A DNA stretch of 63,963 nucleotides, the filler included, from Myxococcota bacterium (GTDB lineage Bacteria; Myxococcota; Myxococcia; Myxococcales; Myxococcaceae), in assembly GCA_049322255.1 (NCBI GenBank). It is 8 parts of 8 records of this genome, joined end to end, with 100 filler letters (N's around TTAATTAATTAA, not from the genome) between each part and the next. Parts side by side here need not be neighbours in the genome. Positions count along the whole stretch, not along the records: positions 43,479 to 51,312 come from JBMORE010000147.1; positions 51,413 to 59,037 come from JBMORE010000150.1; 6 more parts are not named here. The stretch is one strand, 5' to 3'. This document shows, one piece after another, positions 46,859-56,383 of this stretch. The notes beneath the pieces were generated by a model. That model made no database searches. It had not been told where the DNA came from and saw only the letters and a program-made list of their open reading frames with translations. The position numbers and the translations under genes were made by a program. How positions within the stretch are numbered: position 1 is the first letter of the stretch; each line of letters opens with the position of its first letter.

Positions 46859-49186
46859 ATGCGTCGTCTCCTTCCTTCCCTTGGCCTCTTTCTCGCCACC
46901 TTGGCCGGCTGTCAGTGCGGCAACGTCCGCATCGGCACCGTCCGCCCGCACATTGAAGCCGACCCCGCCTCGTTGGACTTTGGCTCCACCGCGGTGGGCT
47001 TTCCGGTGGAGAAAAGCGTCGCCCTCCTCAACCAGAGCCACGCTGTCCTTCACCTCGAGGAGGTGAGCCTCATCGGTGAGGCGGCTCAGGCTTTCACGAC
47101 AAGCCTTCCGGAAGTCGTCGATGTCGAAGCGGGGGCAAGCGTCAGCGTGCGCGTCGTCTACTCCCCGGGAGCCGAGGGAAACCACTCCGCGCGGCTTTTG
47201 GTGCGCAGCGATGCGGCCAATGCCCCGGAGTTGTTGGTGCCATTGGCGGGGACGGCGCTGGCGGCAGACCCTTGCGCCCAAGTCGTTTGCGACAGCCCTC
47301 CCGGCCCGTGCTTTCAAGAGTTGGGAGTGTGCGCGGGCGGCTCATGCACTTACCTGCCCAAGGACGAGGGGACGCAGTGCAACGACGGCAACGACTGCAC
47401 CGAGGCAGACAGTTGCCGGGCGGGAAGCTGTCAGGGAGTGCCTAAAGCCTGCACCACCCCTCCTGCGGGCAGCTGCACCGGGCCCAATTCCTTCGTCTCC
47501 TATGCTTCGCCCGGGACGTGCGTCGCGGGGACTTGTCAGTACGCCCAGACGACTCATGCGTGTGCGGGAGGGTGCACCGCCGACGTCTGTCAGCCGGACC
47601 CATGCACCGGAGTGACGTGCAACAATCCGCCTCCTTGCTTCAAGGGAGGAATGTGCGTGAGCGGCTCCTGCCAGTACCAGGTGGACGTGGGCGCCTCGTG
47701 CAACGACGGCAATGCTTGCACCGAGGGGGACACTTGCAGCCCGAGCGGTGTTTGTGCCGGAACGCCGAAGAGTTGCAACACCCCGCCTGCCTCCACCTGT
47801 CTCGATGCGCAGTCGCAGCGCAGCTACGACTCGGTGGGAAGCTGCGGAGCGGGAGGGACGTGCAGCTACACCTCGCGGGATGTGACGTGCGCGCTGGGCT
47901 GCGATTCGGCGACGGGACAATGCCGCTCGACGTGCCCGAGTGGGCAGCACATCTGCAACAGCCAGTGCGTCTCCGACAGCAGCACGAATAGCTGCGGCAG
48001 CTCGTGCACTCCCTGCCCCGTGCCAACCAACGGCACCGCCACGTGCAGCAACGGAGCCTGCGGCTTCACCTGCAACTCCGGGTACAACGTCTGCGGCTCT
48101 GCGTGCTGCGGAACAGCGACGGCAAGCCGCGTGAGCGCGGGGTGGTATCACTCGTGCGCGCTCACTGCAGCCGGCACCATCAAGTGCTGGGGTTTGAACA
48201 GGTCTGGCCAGCTCGGTGATGGAACAACCACGAACCGCGCCGTCCCCAGGGACGTTTCGGGGCTCGTTTCCATCGCTGGAATTGCCGCAGGAGGTGAGCA
48301 CTCGTGTGCTGTCACCAACACGAGCGCTCTCAAATGCTGGGGGAACGGCGCCAGCGGCAGGCTGGGAGACGGCGCGATGATAAGCCGGCTCACGCCTGTC
48401 GACGTGCTCGGCGTTGCGAGCGTCGCAGCCGCCACTGCCGGATTCGGTCACACCTGCGCGGTCAGTTCAAACGGCGGTGTCAAGTGCTGGGGCTCCAATT
48501 TTTATGGTCAGGTTGGCGACGGCTCGACCATCGATAGGCTCAGCCCCGTTGACGTTTCCGGTCTCGTCTCCGGCATTGCGGCTGTGGCTGGTGGAGAACG
48601 TCACACATGCGTGCTGACCTCGGCCGGTGGTGTCAAGTGCTGGGGTACCAACTCCCAGGGTCAAGTCGGTGACGGCACCGCCACGACCCGGCTCGTACCA
48701 GTTGATGTCCTCGGTCTCACGTCGGGCGTCGTTGCGATTGCCGCTGGGTATGCGCACACGTGCGCGGTTACGAACTCCGGCGGCGTCAAGTGCTGGGGTT
48801 ACAACAACACCGGGGCAGTCGGTGATGGCACCACGACGGGTCGCTCGGTTCCGACCGACGTCTCCGGCCTCACATCGGGCGTCGTTGCGATTGCCGCTGG
48901 GTATGCGCACACGTGTGCGGTTACGAACTCCGGCGGCGTCAAGTGCTGGGGCTGGAACGACGACGGTCAGGTGGGCGACGGCGCTAGAGGCACCTACCAT
49001 CTAACGCCGGTGGACGTCGTAGGTCTTGGCTCAGGCGTCGCTGCGGTTGCCGCTGGGTACGCGCACACGTGTGTGCTCACGACGACCGGCGGCGTCAAAT
49101 GTTGGGGGCTCAACGACAGTGGCCAGCTCGGCGACGGTACGAACACCGACCGCCTGGTTCCGGTGAACGTCGTCTCCTTCCCCTGA
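46859..49186 (+). CDS. Lipoprotein with Ig-like (ASH/choice-of-anchor D-like) domain, Cys-rich stalk and 7 RCC1/BLIP-II-like repeats (copy 2, intact)
   Basis: LAGC lipobox; P.SLDFG...N....L...Y.P...SD...VPLAG; CNDGN.CT..D.C repeats; seven AG..H(S/T)CA....VKCWG.N..GQ.GDG repeats. Confidence 0.92.
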   Translation: MRRLLPSLGLFLATLAGCQCGNVRIGTVRPHIEADPASLDFGSTAVGFPVEKSVALLNQSHAVLHLEEVSLIGEAAQAFTTSLPEVVDVEAGASVSVRVVYSPGAEGNHSARLLVRSDAANAPELLVPLAGTALAADPCAQVVCDSPPGPCFQELGVCAGGSCTYLPKDEGTQCNDGNDCTEADSCRAGSCQGVPKACTTPPAGSCTGPNSFVSYASPGTCVAGTCQYAQTTHACAGGCTADVCQPDPCTGVTCNNPPPCFKGGMCVSGSCQYQVDVGASCNDGNACTEGDTCSPSGVCAGTPKSCNTPPASTCLDAQSQRSYDSVGSCGAGGTCSYTSRDVTCALGCDSATGQCRSTCPSGQHICNSQCVSDSSTNSCGSSCTPCPVPTNGTATCSNGACGFTCNSGYNVCGSACCGTATASRVSAGWYHSCALTAAGTIKCWGLNRSGQLGDGTTTNRAVPRDVSGLVSIAGIAAGGEHSCAVTNTSALKCWGNGASGRLGDGAMISRLTPVDVLGVASVAAATAGFGHTCAVSSNGGVKCWGSNFYGQVGDGSTIDRLSPVDVSGLVSGIAAVAGGERHTCVLTSAGGVKCWGTNSQGQVGDGTATTRLVPVDVLGLTSGVVAIAAGYAHTCAVTNSGGVKCWGYNNTGAVGDGTTTGRSVPTDVSGLTSGVVAIAAGYAHTCAVTNSGGVKCWGWNDDGQVGDGARGTYHLTPVDVVGLGSGVAAVAAGYAHTCVLTTTGGVKCWGLNDSGQLGDGTNTDRLVPVNVVSFP

Positions 49187-49356
49187 CCCAAGGCTCCGCC
49201 CTTCCCGGCGTTTGTAAGCCGAGGCCGCCGCTCAACCGACATCAGCCCAATAGTCGTGTCATTCACTCACCGGCGGAAGAGGCGTCATGCGAGCGGCTCT
49301 CCAAGACGCGCACCGCAAGCTCGTGATGCTCTCGGCGGTCCGGGGTCGGAACGATC

Positions 49357-49782
49357 TTATTTCTGCTCGTTCTCAGCGGGAGCGATCTTGGCGGTGACCC
49401 GTTCTACCGTCAGCTCCGCCGCCCGGGCCGCGCCCTCGGCATCTGCGGCAGTGAAAGCTTCCGCTGGGATACCGCCTGGCAAGCTGTCTGGATAGCGCGT
49501 GGGGATGTAGAACCTGTCCAGGGGACCGGCCACGATCTTGAGCGCAGTAAAGTCTTGGTCGATCCGCGCGGCTTCCCCGCAGAGCTCAGCCACCGAATGA
49601 CCGCGGACCAGCTCCCCGCTTTGTGCGTACAAAAACGCCTTGATCGCCTTCTCCGCGGACTGCTGCGCGAGGAAACAAGCAAGGTGCCACCGCCCGCCCA
49701 CCATCGCGTAGCGCGCATCCGCCAAATCCTCTCTGGCTTGCCGGAGCCACCGAGACGCTTCCTTGCTGGCGTCAGGCTTCAT
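49357..49782 (-). CDS. HEPN-domain protein
   Basis: WLRQAREDL, ACFLAQQSAEKAIKA, GHSV, LDRFYIPTRYP. Confidence 0.92.
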   Translation of the reverse strand: MKPDASKEASRWLRQAREDLADARYAMVGGRWHLACFLAQQSAEKAIKAFLYAQSGELVRGHSVAELCGEAARIDQDFTALKIVAGPLDRFYIPTRYPDSLPGGIPAEAFTAADAEGAARAAELTVERVTAKIAPAENEQK

Positions 49783-50107
49783 AAAGGGTTCGGCCTTCGC
49801 GTAGCGCCTGCTGAATGAAGGGACGGGTGCGAGTGAGCTCCTCCATCTCTTCGGGGGTGTAGACCACCACGTCAGCGGCCACGCCCACTTCGGCAATGGC
49901 TCGATAGACCTCCTCGAGTCGCTCCATGAAGCGCCGACGGTCTTCGCGCACGACGATCAAGTCAATGTCCGAGCCAGGACCCACCTGGCCAGTTGCCAGC
50001 GAGCCGAACAGCAGGATGCGCTTGACTCCGGGTAGCTGGAGACGTTGCGTCAGAAGGGGAAGAGCGCGCTCGAGCTTTTCACGGCGGAGGTCCGCGAGAG
50101 TCGCCAT
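49772..50107 (-). CDS. Minimal nucleotidyltransferase (MNT)
   Basis: LFGSLATG....SDIDLIVV, DVVVYTPEE; overlaps the HEPN gene. Confidence 0.92.
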   Translation of the reverse strand: MATLADLRREKLERALPLLTQRLQLPGVKRILLFGSLATGQVGPGSDIDLIVVREDRRRFMERLEEVYRAIAEVGVAADVVVYTPEEMEELTRTRPFIQQALREGRTLYEA

Positions 50108-50265
50108 ACGGAGAGCATGAACGGCCCCAGTGGATGGTCAAGCCCGAAGTGGGAAAAGCCGCGAGAATCTTCAGCAAAACGTTCATGGCACGAGGAACCC
50201 GAAACGGGTTTTCGGGGCTGGGCGCAATTGACGAGACGAAGCCCTGCCACCTATGCGGAGTCACC

Positions 50266-51312
50266 ATGCGTCGTCTCCTTCCCTCCCTCGGCCTTTTTCT
50301 CGCCACCTTGGCCGGCTGCCAGTGCGGCAACGTTCGCATCGGCACCGTCCGCCCGCAGATTGAAGCCGACCCCGCCTCCTTGGACTTTGGCTCCACCGCG
50401 GTGGGCTTTCCGGTGGAGAAAAACGTCGCCCTCCTCAACCAAAGCCACGCCGTCCTCCACCTCGAGGAGGTAACCATCATCGGCGAGGCGGCCCAGGCCT
50501 TCTCCACCAGCCTTCCAGAAGTCGTGGATGTCGAAGCGGGCGCCAGCGTCAGCGTGCGTGTCGTCTATTCTCCGGGGGCCGAGGGAAACCACTCCGCGCG
50601 GCTTTTGGTGCGCAGCGACGCGGCCAATGCGCCGGAGCTGTTGGTGCCCCTGGCGGGGACGGCCCTGCCGGCAGACCCTTGCGCCCAAGTCGTTTGCGAC
50701 AGCCCTCCCGGCCCGTGCTTTCAAGAGTGGGGAGTGTGCGCGGGCGGCTCCTGCACCTACCTCCCCAAAGACGAGGGGACGCAGTGCAACGACGGCAACG
50801 ACTGCACCGAGGCAGACATGTGCCGGGCGGGAAGCTGTCAGGGGACGCCCAAGGCTTGCACCACCCCTCTCGCAGGGAGCTGCTCGGGGCAGAACAACTA
50901 TGTCTCCTACGAGTCTCCGGGCACCTGCGTGAATGGGGCTTGCCAATACGCCCCAGTCACGAGCGCCTGTGCGGGCGGATGCAGCAACAACGTCTGCCAG
51001 CCAGGCCCGTGCACAGGGGTGACGTGCAACAACCCTCCGCCTTGCTTCAAGGGCGGAACCTGCGTGGGAGGGGCCTGCCAGTACCAGGTGGACGTGGGCG
51101 CCCCGTGCAACGACGGCAATGCCTGCACCGAGGGGGACACCTGCAACCCGAGCGGCGTCTGTGCCGGAGCGCCGAAAAGCTGCAACACCCCGCCTCCCTC
51201 CACCTGTCTCGATGCGCAGTCGCAGCGCAGCTACGACTCGGTGGGAAGCTGCGGAGCGGGAGGGACGTGCAGCTACACCTCGCGGGACGTGACGTGCGCC
51301 CTGGGCTGCGAT
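50266..51312 (+). CDS. Ig/Cys-rich lipoprotein (copy 3), 3' truncated by contig end
   Basis: Colinear paralog of 46859-47905. Confidence 0.9.
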
Positions 51313-51412
51313 NNNNNNNNNNNNNNNNNNNNNNNNNNNNNNNNNNNNNNNNNNNNTTAATTAATTAANNNNNNNNNNNNNNNNNNNNNNNNNNNNNNNN
51401 NNNNNNNNNNNN
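51313..51412. other. Artificial contig linker
   Basis: N/TTAATTAATTAA spacer. Confidence 0.99.
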
Positions 51413-51714
51413 CCTTAGCGAGCACGACCATCTGGGAGCCGAGCTTCGAGGCATACGGTGGGCGGAAGTCCGGGCAGGTGTTTGCCTACTATGCGTTCAT
51501 TCCGGACCCCGTTCGCGCGCTCGAGCTGGTGCTGCCAGCCGACGTGGCCGAGGCGCTCATCGTCGCTGAACGCGAGGTGCGCGAGTTGAACGCCGCGCCT
51601 CCCGACCACGTCCGCGCCGATTACCCGCGCGCCCTGCTTCGCCAAAGGGAGCGCGAAGTAGCCGGTACCCGCGCCAAGGTCCAACACCGTCATCTTCTCT
51701 TGCCGGGCCCCCAT
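51413..51714. pseudogene. Abutting remnants: Fic-like N-terminus (+, to about 51603) and SAM-methyltransferase N-terminus (-, from 51714)
   Basis: Plus: WEPSFEAYGGR...YYAFIPDP...AEREVRELN. Minus: TVLDLGAGTGYFALPLAKQGARVIGADV. Both lose family-like character at about 51600. Confidence 0.5.
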
Positions 51715-51766
51715 TGTCGTTGGCCCGAGGCTGGGGCGCCGAAACGCTCGACCATGAAGGAATCGC

Positions 51767-53107
51767 CTACCGAACCCGCAGATTTAGCGGTGCCACCGGT
51801 CGAACACGGCCACTTACAAATTCAAAAGCCCCCAGGTCCCATGTTCCGTCTGCTCCCCGGATGTTGCCGCGCATGTCGGCGTTGTATGGGGAGCTGAGCG
51901 CGTTACCAATGCCCGCGGCCCCATCTGCGGCCAACTGGAAATTCTCACCACCCGGATTCACAAAAATGCCGCCATCGGTAATCGTCGGATTATTCGAGCA
52001 GGCAGCTGCGCTACAAAACGCGGTGCGGTTCCCGATGTCGTAAAAAATATTATTGCGCGCTTCGCTGTTGACTATATTGCCCGCAAACCGGAGACCGATT
52101 TGGCTGGAGATCTCGAGCCGCCCCATGCCGATAAAGGTGTTGTTGAATGTTTTGCACGCAGAGCAGTTTTGTGGCCCGCCCCCCTGTGCTGATCGATCGT
52201 CACCCATGATGACGACAGCATTGTAAAATACAACGCCACGCGTATCTATAAACATATTTCCATAGACGGCGGAGTTACTGTAATCCTCGTTGATGCTTCC
52301 GGCGTTACCGTACCAGCCGACGATGGCGGTGCATGAGCTGCCCGTCGTTGGATCATTGGGGTTGCCTTGGCAGGCATTCCTGAAGACGTTGTATCGTATC
52401 GTTACGCTGGAACCACGGCCCTGGTGGCGAATGGCGGTTTTACTCCAATTGGGACCAATGAAGTTATATTCGTACACGACACTGTGCACCCCAGCATGTT
52501 GGCCAATGACGTTCGCGTTGTGGAGGTAACAACGCTGAACCAACCAATTTTCTGCCGTCTCTACAAACCCTCCAAGGTAGATCAGGGTCAGAGTGTTGTA
52601 AGCGGGCAGCTGTACATCGCCATAGTCGAGGCCGATATCAAGATACTTTAGCGTCACATTGTCGGAGGCATGGCCAAACGCGAAATAGTTTGTAAAGACA
52701 CTTTCGACTTTGATTCCGTAGCTCGGCCCGTCGTTCCAGGCGTTCTCATTGCGAGTGGACCCGTCGATGGTCCAGAAATCGGTGACGAAGGTGAATCCTC
52801 CAAACACTGCCTGTCCGTCGCCGTAGGAGTTGCTCCAGCCGAAGTCGGTTCCGTGATCGGCGATGGTGGCTTTCTTGACGGTAATGGGCGTGGACCCGCT
52901 GTTGCCATCGTCGAAGGTGTAGGGGCCATAGGTGCCGTCGGCAACGTAGTAGACGTCGCCTCGAGTGAGGTCCGCGGGCAGACTGCCGAAGGCGTTGGTC
53001 CAGTCGGAGCCGGAGCCGTTCCCGGCCGCCCCCTGCCGGACGTACACGTTTGCGGCTTCTGCTGACGCGGCGAGCCCGCAGGCGACAACCAAGAGCACTC
53101 TCGTCAT
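51767..53107 (-). CDS. Secreted right-handed beta-helix-like protein (pectin-lyase fold candidate)
   Basis: Signal MTRVLLVVACGLAASAEA; YV..GA.GNGSGSDWTNA; stacked YN/IRYNVF/VYGNMF/FNNTF/RNNIF; C-terminal D.RG..R....WDLGAFE. Confidence 0.75.
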   Translation of the reverse strand: MTRVLLVVACGLAASAEAANVYVRQGAAGNGSGSDWTNAFGSLPADLTRGDVYYVADGTYGPYTFDDGNSGSTPITVKKATIADHGTDFGWSNSYGDGQAVFGGFTFVTDFWTIDGSTRNENAWNDGPSYGIKVESVFTNYFAFGHASDNVTLKYLDIGLDYGDVQLPAYNTLTLIYLGGFVETAENWLVQRCYLHNANVIGQHAGVHSVVYEYNFIGPNWSKTAIRHQGRGSSVTIRYNVFRNACQGNPNDPTTGSSCTAIVGWYGNAGSINEDYSNSAVYGNMFIDTRGVVFYNAVVIMGDDRSAQGGGPQNCSACKTFNNTFIGMGRLEISSQIGLRFAGNIVNSEARNNIFYDIGNRTAFCSAAACSNNPTITDGGIFVNPGGENFQLAADGAAGIGNALSSPYNADMRGNIRGADGTWDLGAFEFVSGRVRPVAPLNLRVR

Positions 53108-53411
53108 GAATTCACCCTTCGAGGTGACGGACGTCCGGCCACTGGGGTCAGGCAACTTCGATGCCACGGAAGCAACGCGTCTGGACGGTGGTTTAAGTCA
53201 TCCGATCGCCACCTCGATGTGGCGGCCTGGTGTGGGTGAGGCTCGCCACCCCAGCCATCCTGCGCGCGGCGGTGACGGCCTTTCCCGTCGCTCCCTGGTT
53301 CCCCGGTCACCGCACCCCGCATCAACTGACGAAAAACCTGCTAGAGATGGAGCCGCGTCCCAGCTGGCTCGAGGTTCCGGGCGTCGCCGCGTCGGCAATT
53401 CGGGGGTGACG

Positions 53412-54299
53412 ATGAAGAGGTGCTTCGCCGCCGTCTACATGCTCCTGTCCGCTCCCGCGTTCGCGCAAAGCAAGAGCTACCGGGACTCCCGCGGCAAAGA
53501 AGTCGTCTTTCCCCTGGGAGACCGCTCCTTCGCCGATGAAGTGGTGGGCTTCATCAAGGGCAAACCCTCGGCCACAGAGAAGGACAGCGACCCCCGAGAG
53601 ATTCTCGGCCCGCCCGACTACGACAAGAAGAAGGCGCTGCACTACGCCACCTTGGGGTGCGGCGGCGCGCTGACCTTGCGCTTCACCGACAACGCGCTCG
53701 TCGACGTCGAGGGCCCCGACCTCTATGTGTTCGAGGTCGGCCCGGCAGTGGAGCCAACGCTTTTGGCCATCTCCGCCGACGGAGAGAAGTGGATTGAGGT
53801 GGGGAAGGTCTCCGGGGGCACCGCCGTGGTGGACATCTCTCCGGCCGTCAAGGAGGGCGACGCCTTCTCGTACGTACGCCTCACCGACGCCAAGAGGGAC
53901 TGCGGCGGCCGCTGGCCGGGAGCCGACCTCGATGCGGTGGGCGCCATCGGCTCGGCGCTGACGCTGTCGCTCGAGAGCGCGGTGCTCTTCGATTTCGACC
54001 GGGACACGCTCAGGCCCGAAGCGAAGGATGAGCTGGACCGGGTGTCGAAAACCATCGCTGAGTACCCCGGAGCCAAGGTGGTGGTAGAAGGCCACACCGA
54101 CGGCAAGGGCGAGGCGGCGTACAACCAGAAGCTCTCCGAGCGGCGGGCCGCGGCGGTGCGCGAAAAGCTCGTGGCCACGGGCATCGCCAACGTCAGCGCG
54201 CGTGGCTTCGGTGCTTCTCGCCCGGTGGCGAAGAACGACACCGAAGCGGGCCGGGAGAAAAACCGTCGGGTGGAGGTTCTCGTCCTTCCAGCGAGGTAG
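53412..54299 (+). CDS. Exported OmpA-C-domain protein
   Basis: Signal peptide; LFDFD, VEGHTD, YNQKLSERRA, GFG...P...N......NRRVE. Confidence 0.92.
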   Translation: MKRCFAAVYMLLSAPAFAQSKSYRDSRGKEVVFPLGDRSFADEVVGFIKGKPSATEKDSDPREILGPPDYDKKKALHYATLGCGGALTLRFTDNALVDVEGPDLYVFEVGPAVEPTLLAISADGEKWIEVGKVSGGTAVVDISPAVKEGDAFSYVRLTDAKRDCGGRWPGADLDAVGAIGSALTLSLESAVLFDFDRDTLRPEAKDELDRVSKTIAEYPGAKVVVEGHTDGKGEAAYNQKLSERRAAAVREKLVATGIANVSARGFGASRPVAKNDTEAGREKNRRVEVLVLPAR

Positions 54300-54305
54300 C
54301 AGACG

Positions 54306-55640
54306 ATGCGTTCTCAAAACCCTGCGCTGCTCTCGACGGCGTTTTGGCTGTTCCTCGGGGGCTGCGCGCCCAAAGCGCCGCCTCCCGAAGCGTCCGAGCC
54401 GCTCAACGGACCGTTCTACGGGGGCCTGCACTCCCACACGAGTTACGCCTTCCCCTCGTACGCCGGCGTTCCCTTGGACGCGTACCAAACCGCGCGCTCC
54501 TACGTGCTGCCCGGCACCACCCTCGACATCAATACGGGGACCGACTGGTGGGCGACCACCGACTACTACTGGTCGTTCATCTTCCGCGACCCGTCGAACT
54601 GGGGCCGCACCTTCGAGCAGGCCAGCCAAATGCGCCAAGAAGGTTTCCCCGCCGTGGTCGGCTGGGAGTGGAGCAACATGCAGGCGGGAGACCCGACCCA
54701 GCGAGACCACATTTGCTGCTTCCCCCTCAACCAGACCGACCCCGGGTTGCCCGCCTTCGACCAGAGCACCTTCACCGGGGAGGTCGCCACCCTGGCGAAG
54801 CTGTATGCCAACATCGGCAACCCGAAGAACCCTCACCTGTGCACCTTCGCCCACCCGGAGCTGCAGTCCACCGACGAGCCGCTCCCCGCCTTCAACGCTT
54901 TCGCCTATGACGCGGTGGCAGACGAAGCGATGTCTCTGGTGGACATCCGGGGGGAGGGCGACGGGCTGCGTGGCTATTTTCAGGCCCTCAACATGGGTTG
55001 GCACGTCTCTCCCACCATGGACGAAGACAACAAGGCATGGGACTGGGGGATGAAGAGCCTGGCAGGCCGTGGCGTGCAGCGGCGGGTGGGGGTGTTCGCC
55101 AGTGAAAACGCGGTGGAGGCCTTGATGAAGGGCCTCCGGGAGGGCAGAACGTTTGCCACCGCCGACAAGAGCCTCTCGGCGCGGATGGTGGCCCAGGCCC
55201 ACGGGCAAGAGCACTTCATGGGCTCGGTGCTTCCCCACACCAGCTCGCTGACGCTGTCCTTGTTCGCCCAAGACGAAGACACCTCCGAGACAGTCACCCT
55301 TCCCTACCCCGGCCTGGAGTGCGGCCAGACGGGGTGCTCGCCCAAAGAGGCGGACGCCGGCACCGCCCAGCCCGATTCGCCCTACTTCGCCGCCGCCTAC
55401 CTCTACACCAACGGAGGCAGCCGCACCGCCGGGTCACCGGAGCCCTTGAGCGGGGCGAAAGTGGTCAAGGAGTGGAGCAACCTCCACACGAGAGAATTCA
55501 ACGAAGTGGTCACCCTCGACCCGGTGGCGGACGGTACCAATGTGGAGAACGCGACGCGCAGTGTCTGGTACGTCCTGCGTCTGGTTCAGGAAGACGGCGA
55601 CCAAGTCGTCACCGCGCCCATCGTCGTGCGCTTGGAGTAA
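54306..55640 (+). CDS. PHP-like (CehA/McbA-type) metallohydrolase lipoprotein
   Basis: LGGC lipobox; GLHSHT, ATTDY, GWEWS, FAHP, LNMGW, LREGRTFAT, TAPI. Confidence 0.7.
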   Translation: MRSQNPALLSTAFWLFLGGCAPKAPPPEASEPLNGPFYGGLHSHTSYAFPSYAGVPLDAYQTARSYVLPGTTLDINTGTDWWATTDYYWSFIFRDPSNWGRTFEQASQMRQEGFPAVVGWEWSNMQAGDPTQRDHICCFPLNQTDPGLPAFDQSTFTGEVATLAKLYANIGNPKNPHLCTFAHPELQSTDEPLPAFNAFAYDAVADEAMSLVDIRGEGDGLRGYFQALNMGWHVSPTMDEDNKAWDWGMKSLAGRGVQRRVGVFASENAVEALMKGLREGRTFATADKSLSARMVAQAHGQEHFMGSVLPHTSSLTLSLFAQDEDTSETVTLPYPGLECGQTGCSPKEADAGTAQPDSPYFAAAYLYTNGGSRTAGSPEPLSGAKVVKEWSNLHTREFNEVVTLDPVADGTNVENATRSVWYVLRLVQEDGDQVVTAPIVVRLE

Positions 55641-55649
55641 AAGGGCTCC

Positions 55650-55877
55650 GTGAGAATTTTTGGCGTCCTACTCAATACCCTGGGGGTGCTCGCCTTGTGG
55701 TTTGGCGGCATCCCTTACACCGAGCAGAAAAAAATCCTCGATGTCGGGCCGCTGCAGGCCACCGCCCAGGTGGAAAAGAGGGTAACCGTTCCGCCCCCGG
55801 TGGGCGCCGGGCTGGTGGGAGCGGGAACGCTTTTGCTTCTGTTGGGCGGTGGCCGAAAGAAGTCCTCGGGCGCCTAG
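55650..55877 (+). CDS. Small two-TM membrane protein (DUF3185-like)
   Basis: GGIPYT.QKKILDVGPLQAT..EK.V.VPP.VG. Confidence 0.75.
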   Translation: MRIFGVLLNTLGVLALWFGGIPYTEQKKILDVGPLQATAQVEKRVTVPPPVGAGLVGAGTLLLLLGGGRKKSSGA

Positions 55878-55980
55878 CATCGTTCAATGGGAAGCGCTTC
55901 GGGGCGCGTATTCGTTCACGCGCCGACCTACCGGGCCTGCGCTGGGCCTTCCGGGCAGATCTTCGTGGTACGAGTCGGTC

Positions 55981-56382
55981 ATGGGCACCGACCTCGGGGG
56001 CCTACGTGTGTTGGTGGTCGACGACGAGCCGGACGCGCGCGAGATTTTGACGCTCATCCTGCGCACCGGCTGCGCCGAAGTGGCGGCGGCGGGCGATGTC
56101 GCTTGCGCGCTCGAGCTGGTCGAGCGCTTCGCCCCCCACGTCATCGTCTCGGACATCGGCCTGCCACGGGAAGACGGTTACTCCTTCATTCGCAAGGTAC
56201 GCGCCCTGCCCAAGGAGCGCGGGGGCGAAGTGGCGGCGGTGGCGGTGACCGCCTTTTGCCGCCCGCAAGATTGCGCCCGCGCGCTGGCAGCCGGCTTTCA
56301 GCGCCACCTGGCCAAACCCATCGAGCCGGCGCATCTGCTCGAGGTGGTCGCCGCCCTCGCCGGTCGGCCCGCATCGAGGTAG
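55981..56382 (+). CDS. Single-domain response regulator
   Basis: VLVVDDEPD, SDIGLP.EDG, AVTA, GFQRHLAKP. Confidence 0.92.
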   Translation: MGTDLGGLRVLVVDDEPDAREILTLILRTGCAEVAAAGDVACALELVERFAPHVIVSDIGLPREDGYSFIRKVRALPKERGGEVAAVAVTAFCRPQDCARALAAGFQRHLAKPIEPAHLLEVVAALAGRPASR

Positions 56383-56383
56383 C

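Noticed and set aside
44939..51312. Integron or CRISPR interpretation of the repeated array
   Set aside because: No integrase or cas genes and no recognisable attC; the repeats are long coding duplications rather than short repeats with spacers.
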